64,000 bases of DNA, taken from Phaeosaccion multiseriatum (lineage: Eukaryota > Protista > Ochrophyta, other classes). How positions within the stretch are numbered: position 1 is the first letter of the stretch; each line of letters starts with the position of its first letter. The notes beneath the pieces were generated by a model. That model saw only the letters and a program-made list of their open reading frames with translations. It was not told the DNA's origin and ran no database searches. The stretch lies in contig OZ218964.1 of assembly GCA_965112735.1 (NCBI GenBank), positions 2,480,001 to 2,544,000 of the forward strand, read 5' to 3'. This document shows, in pieces, positions 25,214 to 35,565 of the stretch. A program made the position numbers and the translations under genes.

Positions 25214-27268
25214 CTACATACTCCTCGACCTGCGCCGCTTCTTCGGACGCTTGACCTTCGCGGCTTCTCTCTTGATCACCTCGAAGCCGTACAGAGCCAT
25301 CAGTGCCTCCACCTCCTCTGACATGCCGCCCTCGATGCAGAAGAAGTCCGCTGCCTGCAGAGCCTGCCGAGCCCTCACCTCGTCAAACAGCGGCTTCGTT
25401 CCGCGCTTCTCCCCGGCCTCGCCCACCGCTTCCCCTCCCTCCCCTGCTGCTCCGTGCTGCCCACGCGTGAGGAGGCTCTTGACGCTGCCTGTTGTGACGA
25501 AGTGCATCACAGCCTCGAAGCCCTCCTCAGTGAAGTCCTGTTCGTCAAAGAGCACCTCTATCTCCCTCGCCGCGCCGGCACCACCACTCGCACCCTTCCC
25601 CTCGTCCTCCGCCTCGATACCCTGAGCCAGCTCCAGTATGGGGTGGAGAACACCCGCACTAACCTTCCCTTGTTCACCCCCACACCCGGCGGGCACTCCC
25701 CGTGCCCCCTCCTTCCCCTCGTATGGGTGGGTCTTGCTCATCAGCAGCTCCATCAGAGGAAGGCTTATGGTGTACACCTTGTTCCCCTTCGTTCTAGAGG
25801 CCCTCTTCACCAGCCGCACTTGCAGCACTCGCCCCTCCTCAGCGGCCTTGGAGTAGGCAGAGCCGCGCAGGTGCTGTGCCACGGAGTCGAGCGCTCTACT
25901 GGCCCTCTTGTGGGCCGTCCTCTGTACAGTAAAGGAGGACGCGATGACACCAGCAAAGTCGTTCTCGGCGGCGATCTTGACGACGGTCTCTGTCACTGAC
26001 GCTCCGATCTCAATGAGAAACCTCGCAACCTTCTCGCGGCTTTCCTCGTTCTCATCGCTCCGCCGCTTCGCGCACAAGGCTGCCTGCAGATCCAGCATAG
26101 CATCCTCTGTGCAGGAGGCGATGCTTAAGCACACCATCAGGGGGCTCTCTTCCCAGTAGTTCAGAACATCAACCTCTGCTCCAGCCTCTACGAGGAGGTA
26201 GGCACATCGCAAAGACCCTACAGCCGCCGCACAGTGCAAGGCGGTGGTTCCATCTGCTCGCGTTGCTCTGACGGACGCCGCCCCACCTGCCGCAATGAGC
26301 CCCTCGACGGCCTTGGCACTCTTCGTGCTCACAGCCCACAGTAGCGGGGTATTGTCGTCCTCGTCCAGGGCATCGCAGGGGGCCCCGAGGCGCACCAGCT
26401 CCTTCACGGTGTCCGCACGGTTATACTGTGCAGCAAGATGAAGCGGGGTGGCCTGCTCAGAATTCTTGGCAGACACAGGCAGGCCGTACTTCTCCACCAG
26501 GCACGTCACGACTTGTGAATCGCCGACTGAGGCGGCGACGTGCAGCAGCGTAGAGCGTGTGCTGGAAACAACAAAGTTCAAGTCAGCCCCAAAGCAATGA
26601 AGCAGTGACAAAGCCTCCACCTTGGCCTCCCCACTGATCCCCTCTTCCTTCCGACAGCAGTAGTAAGTCGGTGGATTCTTCTCCCCGTCCTGCTGGTTTG
26701 GCGAGCCCTTGTTCAGCAGAATCCGCATCGTATCTAGGTTGGCTACCTTGGCCGCATTGTGCAGGGCGTGGCTCCCCAGGATTGTGGCCTTATGCTGGAG
26801 AAGGTATTTCACAATCTGAGGATATCCTCTCTGCCGTCTCGTCGAGCCGCTCCAGTCTGTGGCTGTACCGTAGGCGGCAGCAGCCAAGGGTGACCAACCC
26901 TGCTTGTCCATGATATTCACATCAGCTCCTGCCCTCACCAGCGCCTCATGAAGCTCATAGTTGCCATTCGCCGCCGCCAGATGGAGTGCCGTCTTGCCGT
27001 CTTTGGCGCGCTGTGAGTCAATGTTCACTCCGTTGAGTTTCAGGACTTCCACACTGAGCCGCACCGAAGCTTGACGTATCTCATGGGCGCCCTCTGATTC
27101 CCCAACACGGGGGCGAGTGTCCGCCAGGGCATGCAAAGGAGTGAAGCCAACCTCCTTCAGTCCCTTGCTCAGCTGGGCTGTGGACAGGATGGCAGTCACC
27201 AACGCGCGCAGCTCCTGGGCTTCTTCGCGATGCCCCTCTACCGGGTCATTCTTCGTCCTTGTCGCCAT
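25214..27268 (-). CDS. Intronless ankyrin-repeat protein with a C-terminal BTB/POZ-like domain, 684 aa
   Basis: Multiple ankyrin motifs (GKTALHLAAANG, TPLHLAAQYN, GTTALHCAA). The C-terminal segment FEAVMHFVTTGSV...ALQAADFF resembles the BTB consensus. Confidence 0.85.
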   Translation of the reverse strand: MATRTKNDPVEGHREEAQELRALVTAILSTAQLSKGLKEVGFTPLHALADTRPRVGESEGAHEIRQASVRLSVEVLKLNGVNIDSQRAKDGKTALHLAAANGNYELHEALVRAGADVNIMDKQGWSPLAAAAYGTATDWSGSTRRQRGYPQIVKYLLQHKATILGSHALHNAAKVANLDTMRILLNKGSPNQQDGEKNPPTYYCCRKEEGISGEAKVEALSLLHCFGADLNFVVSSTRSTLLHVAASVGDSQVVTCLVEKYGLPVSAKNSEQATPLHLAAQYNRADTVKELVRLGAPCDALDEDDNTPLLWAVSTKSAKAVEGLIAAGGAASVRATRADGTTALHCAAAVGSLRCAYLLVEAGAEVDVLNYWEESPLMVCLSIASCTEDAMLDLQAALCAKRRSDENEESREKVARFLIEIGASVTETVVKIAAENDFAGVIASSFTVQRTAHKRASRALDSVAQHLRGSAYSKAAEEGRVLQVRLVKRASRTKGNKVYTISLPLMELLMSKTHPYEGKEGARGVPAGCGGEQGKVSAGVLHPILELAQGIEAEDEGKGASGGAGAAREIEVLFDEQDFTEEGFEAVMHFVTTGSVKSLLTRGQHGAAGEGGEAVGEAGEKRGTKPLFDEVRARQALQAADFFCIEGGMSEEVEALMALYGFEVIKREAAKVKRPKKRRRSRSM

Positions 27269-27431
27269 AAATCAGAGCCCGCTCTCCTCCCAAGCCTCTG
27301 ATGCTAATTGAGCCACCGTCCGCCCCTATAAAAAAAAAGGGTGCTTGCGCCGTCCATTTGTGAGAGATTCAACTATTGGAGACCCAACATGGAAACAAGG
27401 GTGTATACAAGAAAGCATTTGCGCCCTCAGG

Positions 27432-28113
27432 ATGGAGCAGAAGAGGAGAGGGCGGCGGCGAAGGAGGGGTGTGAGATACTCTTCAGCAGCTGGCTTTGGT
27501 GCGTGTTGTTTAGCTGGGCAATGCGCCGCCTTTGTTTCGCCAAGTCGGCTCGGGGGAGGAGAAGGGTATCTCCCTCTCTTGCTTAGCAGTCATCGGCATA
27601 TTCGACGACTCGCGATGGCTGATGGTCAACACCCCAAGGAGGATGATTCAGTAACACCGGCCGGGGGAGGGCTGGTTCCCCCTGGACTGACCCGAGGAGG
27701 GCTAGCAGGGAGGGTGGCAGCAGCTGTAGTGTCCACTGTGGCAGCGCTGGCACCCGCAGGAACAGTAGCAGATGCGACACAGCCGCTTCCCTCGACTATC
27801 TTACTGAGCAGTATTGAAGGCCGGCTGCGTGGTGGTGGTGTCAGCCCAGATGGAGTCACCTTCCCGAGCGGGCTGGGCCGGAGCCTGGACGAAACGGGGG
27901 CAATGGACGAGTCAGGGAGGGGCGCTCTCGAAGGGTATATGGGGGGCGGGGTTACCGTGGACGGAGCGGCCACAGCGGCGCTCGACCTCATCTTGCAAGT
28001 CACAAGCGCGGCCTTACCCTCGGCCCTGGCTGTGCTCATCGCTTACTTCCTCGACGAGGGAAGGTGAGGGGCGAATTTGCCTATCGCACCATACTACTAC
28101 ACACACGCACATG

Positions 28114-28144
<31 letters not shown>

Positions 28145-29464
28145 CCTATAGAGGGGGGGGGGGCAGGGGAGGGGGTGGCAGCATGTGTATCGTATTGCTT
28201 CGCCTTTCAGTCCTGGATGCGCAGAGGAAACGCTCTCTAACCTTCAATGGGGTCTGAAGCCCTCTCTAACCTTCCGTGGGGTCTGACTGACTCCCTTTCC
28301 TGCTCACACTGGCAGACCCAAGGGTTGGTCAGACGCCTTCAATGTGTCTGTCCGGCCGAGTCTCGTGCCTGGGGCGGGGCTGGGGCTCTTTGCGATGAAC
28401 GATCTCAAGGAAGGCCACCTATTGGGTGAGTGAGTGAGTGAGTGAATGAGTGAGTAAGTGAGTGAGTGAGTGAGTGAGTGAGTGAGTGAGGGAGGGAGGG
28501 AGTGAGTGAGTAAGTGAGTGAGTGAGTGAGTAAGTAAGTGAGTGAGTGAGGGGAGGGAGTGAGTGCGTTGGGTACCCAGACACACACACACTCACACACA
28601 TACACACACCCTCACACCCACGCCCACTCCACACTCACATCCACACCTACACGCATATCTTAGGCGAATACCCCGGCAGCGTGGTGTCTGAGGCAGTCCT
28701 CATGCGGAAGGTGACAGCGTGGCCGGCCGCCAAGCCCTATATATGGCAGCTGGACAGCGGGGATTGCATTGACCCTACAGACCGCAAGGTACTTGCAAGG
28801 GGAGGGGGGGAATGGGAAGGGAGGGAGAGAGAGGAAAGAAGGTATGTAGGTATGTAGGCAGGTGCTGGCAGGTAGACAGGTAGGGCCGTAGTACTGTGGC
28901 TATTGCGGTCATCCCGTCGTCCTGCGCGACGTGAGTGACTGCGCGGCCCTCACCCCCCCCCCCCCCAAACGAGCAGGGACAGCTGGGGGACCGCATCACA
29001 TGGCTGGGCTCGGGGCTGTTCGCAGTGAGCACAGCGCTGGCACGAGTGAATGAGCCGCCGCCCTCGGGAGACTGCAGCGTCAGGGCGGAGGAGCAGGTGA
29101 GGAGGAAGGGGCTTGTGAGTGATAGATAGGGTGTGTGTGAGAGAGTCAGGGGGTGGACAGCGCCTCCCTCCCACCAACCCCTAGGGCAGGAAGGGCACAT
29201 ATTCCGAGAGGCCATAGCGCCTGTTCAGCACGCTCACTGAGTGCTAATGCACGGTATTTTCCCCGCCGCCCATATACTCCTCCTGCTGGCCTCTCTCGAT
29301 CCACTGCCATCCTCCAGGGGGCGGCTGTCAAGTTCTATACGACTCGCTTCGTGCGCAGGGGGGAGGAGCTCTATATCGACTACGGAAGGAGCTACGAGCG
29401 GGGCGGTTACGGAACGGACTCGGCTGGAGAGGAGGGAGATAAGGAGGGAGGGATGGATGGATAA
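27432..29464 (+). CDS. SET-domain protein with a probable plastid presequence and a TM segment, 5 exons
   Basis: Exons 27432-28063, 28316-28425, 28664-28788, 28977-29096 and 29318-29464 splice in frame. SET motifs are S.VPGAGLGLFA, LGEYPG, ARVNEP and GEELYIDYG; the N-terminus contains CAA-FVSP. Confidence 0.85.
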
Positions 29465-30433
29465 AGCCTCAAAGAAGGACCAAACCGAAACATGCTTCTT
29501 GCAGCAGGACCTTGCTTTGCCCTTGGACCAACCTCACCATTCCGGTCCCTGCCTGAGACGTGACCGAGCCAAGAAAGAGAAGTTGACTCATAATAGGAGA
29601 GATGGTTGAGAGGGCGGGGAGAGAAGAAGTATAAAAAGCAGCAACCGTACCTAGCAAGGCCACACTCAAGGGTGTACTTAAAGGAAGCAAGGTCATGTTC
29701 TTGAAGTAGCTAAGAGAGATCTCCCACCTCCAAGACACCTCCGTTTTAGAGACACCCCCCCCCCTCAATTCCCACGCAACGCCTGAGGAGCCCTTGTTTG
29801 GTCTCTGTGTAGGCCTATCAAAGGGGCTAGCCGTCTTTTTTGTTTTTTTTTATAGCCCCCTCCTATTGGGGTGTATGCGAAAAGTCGGGATTTGGGATTT
29901 AGGATTTTTGATTTTTAGTTTTTTCCGGGAAAGCAGCGCCCCAGCAAGCAAATGCAACACACCTAGACTAACTCACGGGATCCACGGGCATCACCTCCTG
30001 TATGTCAGGACGCCTGAAGCGGAAGAGGCTGTAGAACTCTTCACACGTCCAGCTGTCCAGCCCGACATCCCTCTGTGGTGGAGGTGGGGCAGGCTCAATT
30101 ACGTACTATTAGGTATGCAGAGTAGTAAGTCAATGATGTGTGCCTCTCCAACGAAGAGTTTCTACGCTGAGACATCAACTCCTCGCCTCCCTCTCCCTTG
30201 CTCTCGCTCAGTCTGTCCCTTCTCTGGCATCCTCTCTGCCCTCCCCTCTTCCCCCCTCTCTTCCCTCTCTTCCTCGTCTCTCCCTCCCTCCCTCCCTGCG
30301 TGACTGTCTCACACACACACACACACCCTCAACTCCTCCGTCGCTTCCCTCGTCCTATCTGGTCGGAGACGAGTTGCGCTGATGTCACCACCCCCCCCGT
30401 AAGAAAGTACTGTCGCAATCCTTCTCAATCCTT

Positions 30434-33314
30434 CTAAGCCAAAGACCTTCACAGTGTCATCACTCATGTTGTTTGTTGCTGAGCACGTACACCTGCTCGT
30501 CTGCTGTGTGTCGGGAGACACAACGCCATCCTAAGCCCTTCGACACGGGCCCAAAAAGCTGCAGCCAATCCTCGTCATGACGTGTGTGGGCAAGAATGCT
30601 CAGAGCGTGCTCGTCCTCGAAGGAAGCATCCTTTGCTGCTGCTGGTTCCTGCCGTTGCAGCAAAAGCTCGTCCAGATGAGCAAGGCCAGTGGCAAGGACA
30701 CCACCGGCGTGTATGATGGAGGGGGCGAAGTCGAACACTACGTAGTGGTTGCCGTCCAGCACCATGCCAAGGGAAGGCGGGAGCTTGGGCTGAGAAGCCA
30801 TGAAGTCGTACACCTTGTACACATCAGCCGTGGATTCGAAGCCCGTGTTGGTGAGGAGTGCCATCTCCGCCATCACCACAGCGTGCTCGATAACCGTCGT
30901 TCTACTCCACGCTTCCGGCGGGCCTACTCCAGAGCTCATTGCGCATGCCATGCCTGATCCGGTTGAGGTCATCCATGCTCCGTCGGCTGAGCAGAAAATC
31001 TCTAAGAGCTGCTGCGCTGGTGAGGCCGCTGAACTTTGTCCTCACTTCCTCACTCAGCAGGCCTTGGTCGAGCAATCGAGAAAAGATGAACACGAGGCAG
31101 GCAAAGCTACAGTCGCCGTCTCCGGGAGGGCTGAAGACGATGTTCCTGCGATCGAGCCCCCCGCAGGCCCTCTTGATGCTCGCCATCACACCACGAAAGT
31201 TGACGACGAGCCGCACACGCTTGCCCTTGCCCCCCTCATGACCTGCCAGGTCTGCCTCCGTTCCTCCTCCTCCGGTGGGATTGGAGGGCTTCGCCCTTTT
31301 CTGCTGGGGTAGGGCGGGTGCTCCACCCTCCTCGGAGCTCCGCCCCCCTGTGGTCGCCTCCGTCCTCTTGCATGGACGCCCCACAGCTGCTCTATCCATC
31401 GTCCCTGCCTCTCCTTCACTCCCCTGTCGCTGCCTCTCCTCCTCCTCCTCCTCCTCCTCCTCCTCCTCCTCCTCCTCCTCCTCCTCCTCCTCCTCCTCCT
31501 CCTCGTCGTCGTCGTCGTCGTCCTGAAGCGTTTTGTCAGCCCCGCTACCCTCCGCACTCTTCCCCACCGCTGCTGCCCCTCTCCAGCTCGTCGCTGCCGC
31601 ATCTCTCTTCACGTGAGTCCTCACGTGGGCGAGGAGAAGCGCGTTCTTTGCTGTTGTGGAGGGGGCGTCCTGCCTCACCGGGGATGACGAATCCTGCGCG
31701 GCGATGAAAGCCAAGAGATCCTGCGTTCTGAGTCCCTTCTTGTTCTCCGGCACAAAGCCCAGCTGTCTCCTCTCTCTTCCTTCTTCTGTTTGTCTTTGGC
31801 TTTCTTCTCCGCCTCCGCCTCAAGTCTCTTCTTCATGTACAAACCTAAGCTTCTCGATCCTCCCCTCATTGTTGAGCTCCTTGCACGCCGATGGTGATTC
31901 TCCTATGCCGTTCAGCCGCAGTGTCCTCTTTTGGCCCTCGCGCTGCCGGCACAGTGACAGTCCATCTCCAGCCTGGCGTTGCTGGCTCGGGAAGAGGAGG
32001 TGGTGTTGCACAGCGGCTAGGTCGTCCCCCATGAGCGTCTCCCTCTCCTGTCTCGATAGCTCCTCGGCTTGCTGCACTGTCATCTCTATGTTGGCATTGC
32101 CTCCAGCATGCGCTGCCTAGCTAAACTGGGCCCTTCTGCGCCTCATCTCCACGTCGAAAGCCTCGGTCAAGTGCCGCAAATGCTCTGCCTTCTCGTCCCC
32201 AGACTGCTTGGTCATGTCAGCAAAAGTGGTACTGATGCTGACGTTGCGCGGGCCCGCCGCCGGCTGCTTTGAGGGCGTAAATTCGGCAGCAGACATGTGA
32301 GGGAAGATGCCAGTCCGCTCAAAGCCATGCTTGATGACGGTCTCCGTATGGCTCTTGTCGATGGCATGGCATGCCAGCCCTATCAGCTCCTGCCGGGTCA
32401 TGTTCCCCTTCCCGTGCTGTCGCTGCCAGGCATGTAGAGCGTTGTTCAGAGCTTTGAAGAGGCGGAAGACGCTGACGTCCAGAGGCTCGAAGTCGGCGGA
32501 CGTGTGGGCGGGCATGCAAATGCAAATGATCTTTGCGTCCCGGAAAGCGCTGAGGGCATCTGGGGTCATGGTGTGCGAGCCGTAGCCGTCCATCACCATT
32601 AGCATCCAGTGATCGGGGAACCCCTTGGTTGTCGCAACAGCTCTCATCTCCTTGATGATATGACCTACCACCTTTTTGGTCCAGAGCTCGTCAGTGACGT
32701 ATCCACTTTCCGTGCAAGCGATGGCGGAGCCCGAGGGCAGCTCATCACCGAAGTCGGAGCCAGGCGACCCATCCGCCTCGGCGAAGGTCGCTGACATCCT
32801 TTTTCCGGTCACAACGAAGAAGGGCGCCATCATCCCACCGCCGGCATGTACAGCAGCCACAAGCGTGGTGTGCGAGCATCGCTCTTGTGTTGCAATGTGC
32901 ACGTGCACACACCCTCGCATAGCAATCACATAAATGGGTACGTTCTGCTGATTCATGCGTGTCTCGTCGACGTTCCAGATCTGCCACCCCTCGAGGTCTC
33001 CTTCCTCACTCACATCCACACTTCTCCGCCAGCTCCTGGAGGATGCTGAAACCAGAAGAGAGAGAGAGAGAGAGAGGGAAAGGGAGGGAGAGAGAGAGCG
33101 AGACAGAGAGAGACACACAGAGAGAGGCAGAGAGGGAGATATGAGCAAGCAGTGCAAGAGAATTACGTCTTTAGACACCACCCTCATTTCGGGGGGCAAC
33201 GAAGCAACGGCCCCACAGACAACACACGAAAGCACACAACACATGGACACACGCACACACACACGCGCACACGTGCACACACGCACATACACGCATGCAC
33301 AAACACACACACAT

Positions 33315-33369
<55 letters not shown>

Positions 33370-33960
33370 CACACACATACACACACTGACTCGCACAAAC
33401 ACAAACACAAACAAACACATACTAGTAAGATTTACAACAAAGATGTAGTACATCAGACTCGCCTTGCTGAGGCCATGCGGGAAAAATCTTACCGTGGTAG
33501 CAAGTCGTCGAGAAAGGCCTTCTTGTTCGTCTCATTGCAGGCACCACTCCTTGTCCGGTCATACGCCTGCGCTCGCCTCTCGACCAGAATGGGGTGGCGC
33601 TGCTGGAATCTTCGAATCCACCCATCAGAAGCCATGAGCCCCACGTCCCCAAGGCTGATACTCAATTGCAGTGTCCCCTATTTGACATCTTCCCAGGTAA
33701 GCTCAACAGCTGGCGCCAAGGCCAGATTCCCTTTCCCACCAGTCTTCACCGAGGCCGACGGCGTACTCTTTCGCTGCCTCTCTGATGCCTGCTTTTCCGG
33801 CCCTCGCCTTATCCATGTTTCCCTTGAGATGTGACCTCGATATCATAGTTCCTACACGTCGCCTTGGACACACCTCTCCTTGTCGTCCCTCTCTGTCTTG
33901 CAATGAGGTTTCAACTGGCGGTAATCCGGATTCGAACATACCAAGCACCTTTGAGACTCA
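30434..33960 (-). mobile_element. Decayed pogo/Fot1-type (Tc1/mariner superfamily, DDE_1) transposon with an intron and a downstream OTU-like region
   Basis: HTH-like GIREAAKEYAV, CENP-B-type ASDGWIRRFQQRHP, intron 33492-33046, and catalytic WNVDET / MDGYGSH / PAHTS..EPLDVSVF. Downstream are PGDGDCSFACL and DGNHYVV. There are several stops and frameshifts, and no TIRs were identified. Confidence 0.85.
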
Positions 33961-34006
33961 AGCAAAGCAGATAAGCAATCAAAACAAATAAGCAACAACA
34001 ATAAGC

Positions 34007-35290
34007 ATGACGTGGAACCAGGAGCTGATGACGATGATGAGGGCGGCTAGAAACGCTGGAGGACAGAGGAAACGAAGATGTTGGACGGGGGTGGACCCTC
34101 CATCCCACAGCAAGTTCTACGATGCGGCCCGCATCGAGGAGCTTCAGCTCATGACGCGGAGCTGGTTTCTGGAGGAGCCGCTGTTCGCTGGATCACCCTG
34201 CATACTTGACTTTGCGGATACGGGAGAGCGGTTTGGTCTGAGGGGAAGTGTGCAGCTTAAAGAGGAGGAAGGGGCGGGAGAGGACAGCTGCAGTGATGTT
34301 GTGTACGTCGAGGATGACATTGCTGCCTCAGAGGCAGCAGAGCGTAGCGCAAATGTCGAGGAGTCGCTCACTGCACTCAAGAGCCTCTCGCCTTCTGCGC
34401 AGTTTCTAGCAAAGAGCGCGGGTATCGCGATTCCAGCGAAGAAGGTGGCCACCAAGGAGGAGAAGGCCAAGTTCCTGAAGGAGTCCTCGATGTACAGAGG
34501 TGCCGCAGCCGGGCCACGACCAGAGAGGGGAGAGGTGTTAGCAAATGGTGCGATCGACTTTGACCGCTGGGCTTGTGACTGGAACGGGGGCTGCACGGAC
34601 GTGGAGAAAGGACTGCGCAAGTGGGGCAATGTTTACCGCAAGACGAGTGCGCATCTGCGCCAGCACTATGATCTGCTGAAGAGGAGGATGAACGCGAAGG
34701 CCACTATGCAGCCGATTTTGCAGATGGGGGCTACGCTGACGAGGGACTTGAGGCGGCCTGCGCCTGGGGAGGACTTCGTCAACTCCCTCTTGGAGCCACA
34801 GCCGACGTGCCCATCGCCAGGACAGCTCGAGCAGCAGAGGCAGCTGAGAGAGGGGCCTGTGCCTTTGGTAGCAGCAACTGCTGCGGCAGTGGCTGCGAGT
34901 AGCGCCGAGGCGTGCACCCTGCGGGACCAAGTCTCTTCCCTCTCTTCGCAGGGAGGAGCGGTGCACGTTTCTTCCCTCTCTTCGCAGGGAGGAAGCGTGC
35001 CTGATAGCGGTGCCAGTGGTCAACCGGCCGCACTTCCCGATGAACCACGGCGGAAGAGGGCCTTCAAGATGTGCAAGACGTGCGGGCATTGTCAGGATGC
35101 TCTGAGGGGTGGCGTGAGCGTGCACACAGCAGGGACGAAGAAGACTTGCGCCGTGCCCGACACCGAGAAGCGGCCCAGGAAGCGCAATCGCAGGGGCGAG
35201 CTCATTCCAGAGAGCCAGTCCGCCAGCAAGATGTATGGTGGGCTCTGTGAGTGTGTATTCTGCAGTTCATTTGCAGCTTCTAAGCCATAG
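34007..35290 (+). mobile_element. C-terminal fragment of a transposon-associated protein with a terminal Cys/His zinc-finger-like motif
   Basis: The motifs DFADTGERFG, AQFLAK..G..IP..VATKEEKAKF, IDFDRWACDWN, VYRKTSAHLRQHY and CKTCGH..H..C recall, from memory, the C-terminus of large DUF6729/exonuclease-type repeat proteins of fungi and stramenopiles. It is intronless and abuts the pogo element. Confidence 0.5.
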
Positions 35291-35386
35291 AAAGGCCAAA
35301 TAGGGAAAAAAGGGGGGCAAAGTCTCTTCGCTTGTTGTAATCCACTAGCCAGTCGCCAGTTGTGGTGGGGGAATTTGAATTTAATT

Positions 35387-35407
35387 GGCTGGCCCTTCGG
35401 GCCAGCC
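35387..35407. other. Perfect GC-rich hairpin GGCTGGCCC-TTC-GGGCCAGCC followed by CTATTAG; candidate element terminus
   Basis: A 9-bp perfect stem about 100 bp after the 35290 stop, flanked by TAAT/ATTA. Confidence 0.6.
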
Positions 35408-35565
35408 CTATTAGCACGATATTCGCCCGAGAATCGATCTATGTGTCCAACCATCGAACCATCGGAAATGCGTGAAAACCAGAATTTTCCACAGGTTGAC
35501 GGCCGGACTTTCGTCCTTTGTGCAGCAGCAGGGCTTCGCTGCATAACACTTCAGTGCGGTCTCCA

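Noticed and set aside
20617-27268. Endogenous giant-virus insertion suggested by intronless FNIP and ankyrin genes
   Set aside because: No NCLDV core genes are present, there is no obvious compositional shift, and an intron-rich plastid-protein gene lies between them.
33046-33418. CV-repeat N-terminus of the 433-aa transposase ORF
   Set aside because: It is an intronic (CA)n/(GA)n microsatellite read through by the ORF caller. The true upstream exon ends at 33493.
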